Origin: Neoechinorhynchus agilis
Lineage: Eukaryota > Animalia > Acanthocephala
Direction: 5' to 3'
Assembly (NCBI GenBank): GCA_051530055.1
Contig: CM121343.1
Location: forward strand, 5,302,389 to 5,366,388
Length of the DNA: 64,000 nt
Of this stretch, positions 38,930 to 50,745 are shown piece after piece. How positions within the stretch are numbered: position 1 is the first letter of the stretch; every line of letters starts with the position of its first letter. The notes under the pieces were generated by a model. That model was not told where the DNA came from. It ran no database searches and saw nothing but the letters and a program-made list of their open reading frames with translations. Position numbers and translations under genes: made by a program.

Positions 38930-41450
38930 GATTCACATGAGCAATTTTCGTTGTAACGAAAAAAGCGTTGTTTCTGGTGATTTCCTTTCGAGACCTCCCG
39001 ATCCTCCTGATGATCGTGCAGGTTTGGATGTCGGTGGTTCGCTAAGCTCTAACAACTTGCGAATTCCAATGTCCTTGGAGAAGCGAGAGCAGCTGCTCTC
39101 TGATCTCCTGGTAAACAATTCCCAGTTGACATCGACAAAGCAACAATTTCCAAAATACCATTCTTTACCGACAAAAAGATGGCCTTTCATAGTCATTTTT
39201 AAATCCAAACCTATCCTACCCAAACAAATCATGTACGACCAAGCAGTAAGTCCGTGGACTCGTGCCTTCAAGAACGATGGTATTAAAAGGATCGATCACA
39301 TATTACGCCGGCACCCTAAGAATCTACCTGACTTCACACAATTGGTTGGATCACCTTGTCAAGTTTTCGAAATCTAACCTCCCTAAAGAAGTCTACGATA
39401 TTACGTCCAGTTCTCAAAAAGTTCAATTTCTGGTTAAAGGTGTTGAACCTTCTCTCAGCAAAGAAGAACAAGACGAGTTCGAACAAACTTTTGGATGCAA
39501 TCTAAAGTTTTTTCTAAACTCAAGAAGGACGGGCCAGCCTATTTCTATTACCATGGTGGAAGGATAAAGGAATGTGCGTGATGACTTATGTTCTCAACAA
39601 TTTTGCTCCTTCAACTGCTTGGAAATTAACTTCGTGATGAAATAAAACTATGAGCAAGATGATTTCATCTTTCCGCAATGCAATATCTGTCAGCAGTGGG
39701 GCCATTGGTGCCAACACTGCCCCAATCCTTCTCACAAAAAATGTTGTTACTGTGGGGATTCCTCTCATGGTTCGGATCAATGTACCAGTTCAAATAAACA
39801 TTGCCCAAATTGTCAAGGACAGCATTCGTCTTTTTACAAAGGATGTCCACAATTCAAAAATTACTGGGTCTGGGCTCAGAATTCTCGTATTAACGCCGTG
39901 GAAAAAGCTCATTACTACAACTAAGCAAGTAGCGCCTAAACTCAATTCATTGCTTCCAACACCCTCCTTTCGACAAGACGTCAACTCTAACTTCTCAGGA
40001 TTTTCCGGTAACGTGCCCTCTACTCAAGTGGTAACCATGGAGGTGCTAGAGCGCAAATTAGATGAAGCTTGTAACAAGATTCTAATGATTATGCAAGCTC
40101 GTTTTACGGAGGCAATGCTGGCTTTTGAAAGAAAGATGAGCGTCTTAATTGATAAGTTAATGAACATTCCGACTATTTTTTCCTCGTGTTTACCAGAACA
40201 AAGCCCTGCAAAACTCAAAAGAGCGAGTGTGTCTGGCGAGGTTGTACGAGCAGCCAAAAAGCCGAATGGTGGCTCTCGCTCACAGCACAAGGATGATGTT
40301 GTGATGGATGAACATCAATCAACTTCTGAATTCGTTGCAAGAATAATTGAAACCCAATCCAGACTGATCGAGAACGGAACAGCCAATTTGATTTCAAATG
40401 CCAATGCGAAGAAACTTTGACTCGATGGCTCAGGAGATGCTAGGCAATGTTAAGGTGTTGCAGTGGAACTGTTGGGGTGCGACCAACCTTTTTAAGCTCA
40501 CTCGATATTTTCCAGGAATATCCATAGCTCTCATTCAAGAGTCAAAAAGCGTTTTTAATTTAGAGCAACTATATGTTCATCTACCCCTTTTAAAGTCTTC
40601 GGTTTTTACTTTTTCGTTCATCCTCCCTATGGACCTGCCACACAAGGCCTTATTTCCATTTTTCAATCTTCCCTTGTTCCCTCGCTGATCATGTCCTATT
40701 CCTCTGAGGAGTTGTCCTACAGTATTTTTAAAATACTTTTCAAAAAGAACTATCTCTCCCTTGCGAATATTTACATAAGACCAGGTCTCATTCATCGTTC
40801 GCATGTAAAAGACAAAATCAAATGGCTCCTAGGGGCTAACATCGATCTTCTTGTGTGAGATTTTAATGATCCATCCTTGAAATGGTATCGGGTCATTGTT
40901 AACGCTGTCAATCCTTCCCATTCTCTTATCATGCCTAACAATCCTTCCTTTCACAATATTTCTACCAACAAACACTCCTTTTTGGATCTAGTAATATTGA
41001 AGAAAATTTTAAACCTTTCAGTCGAATATGATCGCCAAGTCTCCAATTTTGTCCTCTTAGGACACGACATCTTGATTTGGTCCATTGGTCCCTTTGACAG
41101 GCTGCGCAAGGTGCATCACTTATCCCCTTTAAATTTAGCGTGTTTTCGGCTAGTTTGCGAAGGTTCTGATTGCAAGTTGTCAGATATTTTACCTTTAGCA
41201 AACTCCTTAGTTAATGAAGCCGCTAATTCTTTTTATGTCACACCGTTAAAACCTTCTCTGGCCCTTATGTGAGCCGATCACTTCGTATTCTTGGATGCCA
41301 ACTCTATGTAGTCCAACGCTCTGGGGGTCCCCTTCAATGCAAATCCCTATCAAGCCTTCTATGGGCTGCCCGTTGCCGACAGCGACAACGAAGGGATGCT
41401 GATTTTCTTGCCACACTCAAACCTTACTCTTCAAACTGGTGGCTTCATAA
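38930..41450 (+). mobile_element. 5' part of an I/Jockey-type LINE: gag-like ORF1 with three CCHC knuckles, and APE endonuclease; degraded and 3'-truncated
   Basis: In the frame starting at 39661: CNICQQWGHWCQHC, CCYCGDSSHGSDQC, CPNCQGQHSSFYKGC. ORF2 has VLQWNC, IALIQE, ANIYIRP, DFN and FLDLV. Confidence 0.85.
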
Positions 41451-41563
41451 TTAAGCAAGAAAGTTTATGGTGACACTGCAATACGAATTCATCGATAAAA
41501 AAACGATTGATGTCGTTTTATTCTCGATAGTTTCTAATTATAGAGCATTTCTTTACCGACAAT

Positions 41564-44494
41564 TTATTTATTTTTGTCTTCGCTTTCAAAATACAACCTT
41601 GATATCTCTGCGTTTCGTTCTACTAAGCTCTCGACGTTTTTCGATATCCTTTTGATCGTATTTATGAGTTTCTTGATTTTTTCATTCTCTTGTTTTCCTT
41701 CCTTTTCGTCTGCTCTAATTTTCGCTTTAACCGAGTGCAAGAGATCTATGCATTTATGAATATCATTTGATCGATATTCATCTTCCTTCTCCATGTCAAG
41801 TTTCATCAGCTCAGCCTTGTGTTTGTTTTCATCTAAAACTCTCTTCAACGCTTCATTCCTCACTGTCGCTTGTTCAATGGCAAGCGTTAATCTGTCCACC
41901 TCTCCTTTGTTGTCTTGAATGCAACCTTTAGCACGATAAATATTTTCTTCAAGATTTCTAATCTCTCGATCCTGTTCATCGACCGCATTAGCCTCTGCAG
42001 CATTTCGTTCGTTCAACTTCCTTTGAAGATTTTCGACATCATCTCTGGCTAACTCAAGTTCGCCTACAATCGGTTCCATTTCTGATTCAAGTACTTTAAT
42101 TCTATGCCCTAATATATCCTTTTGATTATCTAATTGAGCACAGTCTTTTTTTATATCGCATCTAATGTCGGTCGATTGACCCGAGCTTAAGAACCCTTGA
42201 TACCTGTGGTAAAAATCCTTTATCCTTTCAGCATCATTGAAATAATTCGTCGTCAAATGACAAGTCTGCGCATTTAATCCACCAATCGCAGATAAATGAA
42301 CGCTTATCTGATTGTCATTACATTTGATTTCGTCCATGACTCCATTAAATGAATTGATCAACAAACACATTTTCTTATCCATCGCGCAATCCACAACGTG
42401 CTCATTGTTGATTTCTTCTGTTAGTTGTTGATTCTGTTCGAGAAGCTTAGATTTGGTATGATTTGCTTTGTCCAGTCTAATGAATAAGTCATAAGTAGGA
42501 TTCTGAGGATTCTTCGAATTTCGAATCTTGATTTGACCATCTAGAGTTTGAAGATCAAGTTCGGCCACTGTGAGTTCGTTCTTCGCACGTCTCAGTCGAT
42601 AATCGGCATCTTCAACTCGTTCACGCAAACGAGTTATTTTCGTCGCCCATTCACTACGTTTACTCACGGCAACGCTAGTCTCCATTAATAATCTATCAGC
42701 GTTGTTTATCGTTTGAATTAGTTGATTGAGCCTTATTTTTTTCTGTTCTCTTAAATTCGTCATATGTTCAAATGAACACTTTTGTTCTGCAATGTTCACA
42801 AGGTCGATCCCTCGCTCCTTCTCAAACGCTTCGCAAATCAAAACGTCTAACCGATCTTCTGCTTCTTTTAGTTGATCCATAAATCCGTTCGTATCCATAT
42901 GTCGTCGCTCAGCCATTATCAAATCCATTTTGGCTTCGTAGATATTTCTAATGCGGGTAAATGACTGGGAAATGTGGCCTGCGTTAAAAAATAGTCCCGG
43001 TTTATGCCTTATTCCTTGCTTGTATTAATTTCCAATAGGCCTTTCGAGTAGCGCCTCCTCGGGAGGTATCTGACAATCCGGAGCTATTCTTACAAAACTC
43101 ATTGCCATGCGAGTTTGAGAGTCTAACTGATTTCATTCGGTTCTCTGATCCAAAAATATCGATTAACTGTGTGCCCAAAAGGAAAAAGGCCGAGTAAAAG
43201 ATGTTCTACAAAAACACTTAAACCCGCTTGCCAGAAGACATAACAAAATTCAACACTAATCCCAAGGTATAAAAGATGGCAGAGTTTGTACATTTCGTAA
43301 TTTTGTCGAAGCGGTCCAGTGGACTTCGGTTTGAGGGTCAAAAGGATTCAAAATCCACCGTCGCCTTTGACTCACAACAAAAGGAAACGAAATACCGTTC
43401 TGCAGGGAAGAGGAAACTCACTGATGAGTCTAGGATCCTCGGGAGGAGGTATCTGAGAATCCGGAGCTATTCTTTTTTTGAAAGTCTAACAGATTTCATT
43501 CTGTTCCCCTATGTAAAATATCGGTTGGATGTGTTTATCGACAGAGAAAATCCTTTGGGATAATCGAATTAGAATTTTGGTGCCTACCTTTTAACAACCT
43601 GAAAAAGTCCTACGAGACAGACGAAATATTGTGTAAATGAGAAATAATCTCTATTTTCTCAATCAGCAAAAAGCCAGACTTAAAGATAACACAAAGATTT
43701 GTGTATTTTAAGCACGACGAATAAAACATTCGAAGAGCTTAAAAGGCCACGTATAAACATTTTGCGACTTTAAAAGCAACTCAAAATAATCTGGGCTCGT
43801 TCAAATTAAAGAATAGGCGGACACATTTCCCGTCCGTAGTTGCGTCGATTTTCCTTTCGAGTAAATTCTGTAAATCCGACTGAGACATCGCTCGTTCTTC
43901 GGGAATATCATCATGTAGTTCAGCTTTAAGCAATAGAATTGCTGCTGATTGAAAAGGAACCGTTGAATAAATATGGGCCAGTTCAGCCAGCCAATAGAGA
44001 GCATAAAGAAGAGACGGCCAACTGTGAGTAGCAGACACTGAAGTGAGATAACTCTTATTGATTTTCAGTTGATATCCAAGAATGGTCATCACTTTGACTA
44101 AAACATCGGCATTCATTTTCATTTGATCATTAGGCGCCTTGCCACTTCCGAACAATGCAGTCAATATTCGACTATCGATTTTAGAAATAAAGAATTGACA
44201 TACTCCAAAATACATTCGACTGCCGAGAGGTTTGGACAGAATCTGGGGCGAAACATTTTCCGGGTAACCGAGATTATTTAGAATGTTATTTACAATATTA
44301 ATCATATGACGGAGTTCGGATTTATTCAAAGGCTTGACGGCCAATTCTTGCATTTGCTGAGTACTCATTGGATAGTTGAAAAAACCTTCCGACAAGTTCA
44401 TTGGAATTGGTTGAAGCTTAACGGAAGATAAGTTCTTTTGAATGGTTTGCCGTGGGTATAACGTTCTCCTTTTCTTTGGCGTTCGCATCGTCAT
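41564..44494 (-). CDS. NDC80: Kinetochore protein NDC80/HEC1 (CH domain + long coiled coil), interrupted by an 822-bp insertion
   Basis: KPLNKSEL..L..LGYPENVS..L.KP, LGYQLKINKSYLTSVSATHSWPSLLYALYWL match the Ndc80 CH domain. A 454-aa coiled-coil ORF lies downstream in the same frame. Confidence 0.85.
42984..43810. mobile_element. TTAAA-bounded insertion in NDC80 (822 bp)
   Basis: Direct repeat TTAAA(A/G)AATAG at 42984-94 and 43806-16. Short internal IR cccggtttat / ataatctggg (8/10). Confidence 0.75.
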
Positions 44495-45809
44495 CTGAAA
44501 TCAATTGGATAAAGATCAGATCGTGATTGGATAAAGGCTAACAAAGCCGTTAAAGCTACTCAGCGAAGAATCGATATTAGCGAAAATAGTTAAAAAAAGA
44601 CTTAATTATTTCCAGTCGTAAAAGGAATCAACCTTGAAATGCTTCGTCCAGAAATGTTTCTTCTAAATAATTCAAAATCCATTTTGACAAGCATCCGACC
44701 AACTTAAGATCTTTCGTCCGCTTTTAAAGGTAAGAATCTTGTTATTCCATAGTTTAAATTGAACTAAAAACAATCTCAACAAAATGATTCGAAAACAAAG
44801 ATCACCGCAGATTTCTGAGAAAAAAATTAGCGCAATTATCAAATAAAAATGTAATAAAAAGCTTAAATGGATTAACTTCTGCGAAACTGATTTTAGAAAA
44901 AAGGAGGATCTTCTGAGAGAACTTCGCTTCCTCGGAGTTTTCACTCCTCGTATCTTGAAGGAATTTCTTCTAATTCTCGTAATATTTATGATTTGAAGAA
45001 AATTGGACATGACCGCGCGATTAATTTCGTCACCAAAAATCGGTCTGCCAGATCAGAAACACCGAACTTTGCTGACGTCAATCATTCCTATTTTGTTGTT
45101 CTTTATAATTCGTACAACTCCGAGCTGTAACACTGAATTTAACTGACACTTAAATGCAAATAAATTGATTATTGATCTTCCTTTTTCCGATACAAGGCAA
45201 TGACAAAATAACGTTTGCATTTAAATCGTATAACCGATTAATTCGGATTCGAGATATCTTTGGAATTTAGAGTCCTAAATTTCAAAGCAATTACATTGAA
45301 AGCAATAACGAATCACTACCATTAGATATCATTGGAGAAATGCTACCAAGAAAAACGATTCCTCCTGAAACTCCATCGCGACAACCAGTGCCATTGGACG
45401 ATACTTTCGCTGTGTCACCAGGCGCGGGTTTAAAAAGTTCGCCAGCAAAAAAAAGAACCGAACCATGCACTTTCCTACTTTTCACAACCAAAGAACGCGC
45501 TGGAATCGCAATCAGAACACAAAATATACACAAATCGATGAATGGTGATTAAGATTTTTGAACGCTAGAACGTAACATTTACTAAGGTCTACAAATCTTC
45601 TTCTGCCATGTGAAAATGTATCGTGAAATGAACTCTGAATCATCAAGAGAAAATCCTATGGGATGATAGAATTGAAGATGTGGCGATCGTTTCCCCCTCC
45701 ACGTAGAAAATATTATATTGCAGATATTTCGAAAGGGAAAGCCTCGCCTCTTCAAGCAATGACCGAGGCTTCCACTTCACATCTTCAATAAAATATTTTC
45801 TTTGGAATA

Positions 45810-45967
45810 CGGTTTTTTTGGGTGATAGGAAAAATAAAGATTGATTTGTCAATATTTCGTCCGTTTCGTCGGACTTCTTAGGGGCAAGCAACCTGAAAAA
45901 GTCGGACGGGACGGATTTTGGAAATTAATAAATCAATCTCTATTTTTCTTATCACCAAAAATACATA
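45810..45967. repeat. Free-standing imperfect hairpin (MITE-like)
   Basis: Arms 45821-45882 and 45892-45956: ggtgata(g/a)gaaaaata(a/g)agattgattt...cgtc(g/c)gactt, with a short loop. Confidence 0.9.
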
Positions 45968-47399
45968 TATAAGAGCAATTAATTGTTCTGGTGCAACTTT
46001 ACTCTTCCTCGATATTGATTGATTTATTGTAAATTTTCGACCGAATGCGGTCCTCTTCAGATATCTACAATATGGGCTTAAGTTATTAATTGGTGCTTGC
46101 ATGAAAGGAACTCAGGTACCCGGGGTCGTGAAGCCCGAAAATGATCTCACACTTCCTTCAGGGAAGTTAAGAGAAAAGTGGCCAAAACTATTCTCTAATT
46201 TTATTCCCCCCCCCAATACAATCCAAAAAATATAAGAACAACTTTACAATCTCTTGAAATGTAAAATATTGTACAAATCTGGATACTTTAATTGTATGTT
46301 GAAGTTACTTTTAGATCTTTTAGCCATTAATACCAGGGTGGCTCTGTTAGAAAAATGGAATTTAGACGAACTCACCATGGAGAATATCCGGCCGATATGG
46401 AGCAAACTAATTGTTGCAATCATGTTGTGCGTTGTAGGACATCAGGATTAAAATAGAAAAGATTGCCACAGTTTGCCGATACATCCTTGTGTTACATTCT
46501 CCCTTCTAAATTATCGGTAGTGTGATTACAATAAGTTGCATTGAACAAGCGTCAATCGTCTTGAAGAACGGAATCCAAAAGGCACGGATGTAGCCAAATT
46601 GTCTTGCGGAATTTATCCAAAGGCGAACGGAGTTGAATCAGCGTTCATCGTTGCATGATCCAGAATACCAATGAATTAAGAAGTTTATCGCTCAGTCGTT
46701 ACCGGCATTCTCGCTAGTGCGATTGGAATGATGGGATTTATTCACGAGTAAAAAGCCGTTATGCAATGAGTACGGAACCACTTTGTCTATTTAGATGCTA
46801 ATCAACGACGAACAGTTAAAAAATAACTTTTTGTTGATTTATCGCCAACATGGTCAAATGATGGCTCAGGATTGACTGTTCCCAACGAAGAAATCGCAGA
46901 AATTCAAACCGTTTTGGATTGATTTCTCAAATGTCTAGCATCTCTGATTTTAAAATTGAGCGCTAAGATCTCCAATTCTTAGTAAGTCGAACTTTTAGTC
47001 GTCGCCTTAGAGCTTAGCTAACTTGTGCTGATATTTAACGTGTAAGCGTTGTTACGGATCCACTATAAAAAAGGTCAATAAATACGGCTTTCATGAATCT
47101 CCTATAATTTACACTTTAAATTAACGAGACTTTCTTACTAAGCAACTGCGATGAATTCCCGTTTATCTCGCAAAGGTCGTAAACTGTACGGATGCTCAAT
47201 TGTACTCAGGTTTGCAGCATCATGTCCATTAGAACTAAGTTCGAATTGCCGAATGTTTATTTTCTGTATCGAGATCGAGTGTGTTTTTGCGATTTGCTTA
47301 AGGCAACAAATTCTATTGATGTGTCCGACCAAGAGCTGTAAACATAACCATCAACCCATTATTGTGTTCACTGAGCGATATAAAATTGCTGAGTCAACC

Positions 47400-47860
47400 A
47401 GGAGGTGTCGCCTTGCGTTCGCCCTCAAACTGGGCGTCTTATTTCTGTAATCGATCACCTAATTTTTCTATATTCTTCTCTAGTTTGTGTTGTTGACAGA
47501 AGAGCAATTTGTTATTTGGTTTCGTGATGTACTGGAAGCGATACAATCGTAGAGGTTTGATTTCGTCTAGGAAAATATTAAAAAGAAGTGGTGACAACAC
47601 AGCACTTTGAAGTACGCCTTTAGTGAGGGGTAGGCTGATCGAGTGGGTCGATTGGCAGTAAATGTATTGTTTGCAATTGTGAAGATAAGAGGCGAGCCAA
47701 CGTGTCTGTCACAAGTTGAGACCGAAATCCGGAGAAGAAGTGAATGGTCCACGGAGTCGAAAGCTTTCGACAAATCCAGTTGAATGAGACGGGTGACGTG
47801 GGAGGAATTATTGTCCAGGTTGCGTAGGAGCGTGTCATAAATTTGGGCAAAGAAATATAA
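47400..47860 (-). mobile_element. LINE RT fragment
   Basis: IQLDLSKAFDSVDHSLLLR motif, frameshifted. Confidence 0.75.
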
Positions 47861-47929
47861 AGATTATTTTCCCGAGTCTTTTTTACACAAGAAGAGTTTA
47901 TATACATTCCAGCAGCCACTCTGAGTCAC

Positions 47930-48090
47930 TCAGCTACTATCGTTGAAAGGACGGATGCAGCGTTCCCCTTGCAAAGCCGGACTTATGTTTGGCCGAAGAA
48001 ATTATCCTGTCTTCGGATCGTCAGTGATTTGTCTGTGTCTTTTAGACATTTGTTTGACCAGGTTCTGCGTCGCTGTGCCGGGCGACCCGA
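47930..48090 (-). mobile_element. CRE-clade 3' fragment
   Basis: FFGVATLGSPG..LVKQMSKR..TDDPKTG*FLRPNIS.ALQGNAASVL. Confidence 0.7.
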
Positions 48091-50745
48091 GCGTCGCAAC
48101 GCCAAAGAAAACGAAATAATGATTTCGACCCAGGTCCCATTGTTTTGTCTTTTTGCGATCCTCTTTCTAGCAACGCATTAGCTTTTGGGGGGCACTTTTG
48201 TGACCGGAGGAGGATAATTCTTTTGTTATTTCAATTTGGTTACCTCCTTCCTTATCTCGAGGATCAGAGATCAGCAATTTATCGAATCAGGAGTGGGGGT
48301 AACACAGGGAATGGTATTAGACAAGGGACTATGGAGTCCAATGGATGATGTGCAGTGTAAAAAACTTTAATGAGTGAATATGTGTACGAATCTTTAAATA
48401 AATAAATAAAATACTTAGACGAATACAGCAGCCACATTAAAAGAAGCGTTTTTGCCGCTGTGCGTGCAAGGCTTAGAATTAAATCCTAGTTTAAAAGGGT
48501 CCACTTCCTTAATACCAATTACATAATCACTTTATCCGCCACAAACAATTCTTACAAGCACGTGAATTTTATACCTATGAAAGGTACCTTCCATTGCAGC
48601 TTAGATGTTAAAAAAACAAGACTAATCCACGGGCGGTGTGTAAAAGGCGATGGATGCAAGGAAATGATGGAGAGCATCCTTCTAAAATAGTGTTTTCCTT
48701 TTGGGAGATAAATGAAGTTTAGAATAAAAGTCATCGTTTAAGTGGAGAAAAGTAGCGTATGAACTAAGAAATGATTTATGCAAAAATGGTGTAAAAAATT
48801 ATTTTAAATAAAATGTTCCTTTCGTAAATTCATGCAGAATCCGTTAGATTGTTCCAACCTAGACGACTAATTGCAACGGTAAGAGTAATTCAATCACTGA
48901 AACACGTTATCAAGGAAGCTGATTCCTAAGAAATTCTCAGGCGTCATATGCTTTCTTAAAGACGAAAATTGGTTGTGAGGCTCGGTTTTCGTTTAATCTT
49001 AAAGGGAGTTCTGAAGATGAAACCCGAGGAATTATAGTGTTTTTAAATTTACTCTATTGCAAAGAATAAAAACCATTACCGAAATGGCGTTTTAAAGTCA
49101 TCGAAAATGGGTTTATAAACCTGTGCTTCCATGGTTCTTAAGTCTCGGATATAAAAAGAGTTCTTCACAATACCACTGTTTTCTGATTGATAGTATCTAA
49201 AGTAAGAATTTACGATAAGTGCTATCGCAAGTAAACAAAACATTCTTTTTAGAGCAATAAAGTACAATTGGACTCTAAATAGGGCTTTTCCTTGTAAAAA
49301 ATATCGCAGATAACGACAATCCTTAATTCGTATCATTATTTTTCCTGGTTAGAGGAGCGCAAATTGCAGATTTCACTATATCGACCTCTCTTCTTCACTA
49401 TTCTACTTTGTCGTTAATTCAAAATCGTCTTCGTCTCGGCTATTCGATAAGTCTCGCAGTCCTTGATAATGGCGGGTTTCTCCCATGCGAACTGTCCAAG
49501 GAGGAGCGGTTCAAACAATGATAAAACCCTGATAAAGAACTACAATTCATCACTCTCGTGGAAAATTCTACTTCACCCTAAAGAGGATTTTCGAATGATC
49601 GATCGATGCTGTATCCGTTGGGAAAAGAGCAATCACGATCAATACTCAAGTTGATTTTACACTGAATATCCCATATAAATGACCTGAAAATTGAATTATT
49701 CATGTATTTATAAGGCGGATAAGTCGAAGTAATCTATTCATTCAATCTGAAATTTCGGCACTATAAAAAATAGAGATTATTGATGCGGACGAGAAGTCCA
49801 AATTTCAAATAGCAGACATTTGAACGTTTTAAATGCAACTCACCTCCAGAAGTAGGGCGCATAAAATTATATGAGTCTCGGCTAAGGCATAAAGCCACAC
49901 AGATCTCTTACATCAGAGAAGTGATTGAATCACTTAGACTTTGATGCATACGGTAGAGAGTTTGTACGCATCCCTCCGGATCCTCAGATACCTCCCGAGG
50001 AGGCGGAAGTTCGTCTCCTTTTGGTTGTGCGTCATTGGCGACTGTGGAATCGAACCCATCCGCCCTGAAGCAGGGATCGGGAGCATTAGTCCACATGACG
50101 ACCTCAGCACAACTGCGGAATGTACAAACATCGGCCAGTATTTATACCATCGATGTGAGTGTTTTTAATTCTTATATGTTACTGGCAAGCCGAGTCTTTT
50201 TGATTCCGGTGATTACATTTCGAGTCCTCGGCTATTGGCATAAGGCCACGGCATGAAGGAGTCTAAGTGATTCAATGACTTCTCTGGCATCATGCCAAAA
50301 AAGCCGGGAATCTAATAACCTGAATCAAAAGGCCCTGCTCGCCAGTACATTTCAGAATAAAATGCTTATAGCATGCGTTAGTTGAATTATCGTTGTATTG
50401 TGATTGGCTGTAGGATTATTGGTCGAGCGACTTTTTTCTCTCGCTAATTACGGTCAAATATCGGCGGCATAGTTCCCTAAAGCGACTTTACATAAAAGTT
50501 CGATTTGTTAAATATCAAAGTAGGACGGGTGCACGATGAGTCATAGGAGAATACGTCACACAGAATTGTAAGTTCAGAACGGCGCCTTCTACGGAAGTAA
50601 GTACGATTGGATGATCGTCCGCACTTTGCATTCGACTCACAATCACGTGCTTCTGGCGGGTGGCGCACATTCCAGGAGGGAAGGTTAGTTTGGTGGATTT
50701 TGGAATCACGGATGAGGATGTGTTTGAATGTACAAGAGTCCGCGT

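Noticed and set aside
39650-40420. 256-aa ORF as an independent gene
   Set aside because: Its first half is the off-frame reading of the LINE ORF1 zinc knuckles; it is part of the frameshifted element.
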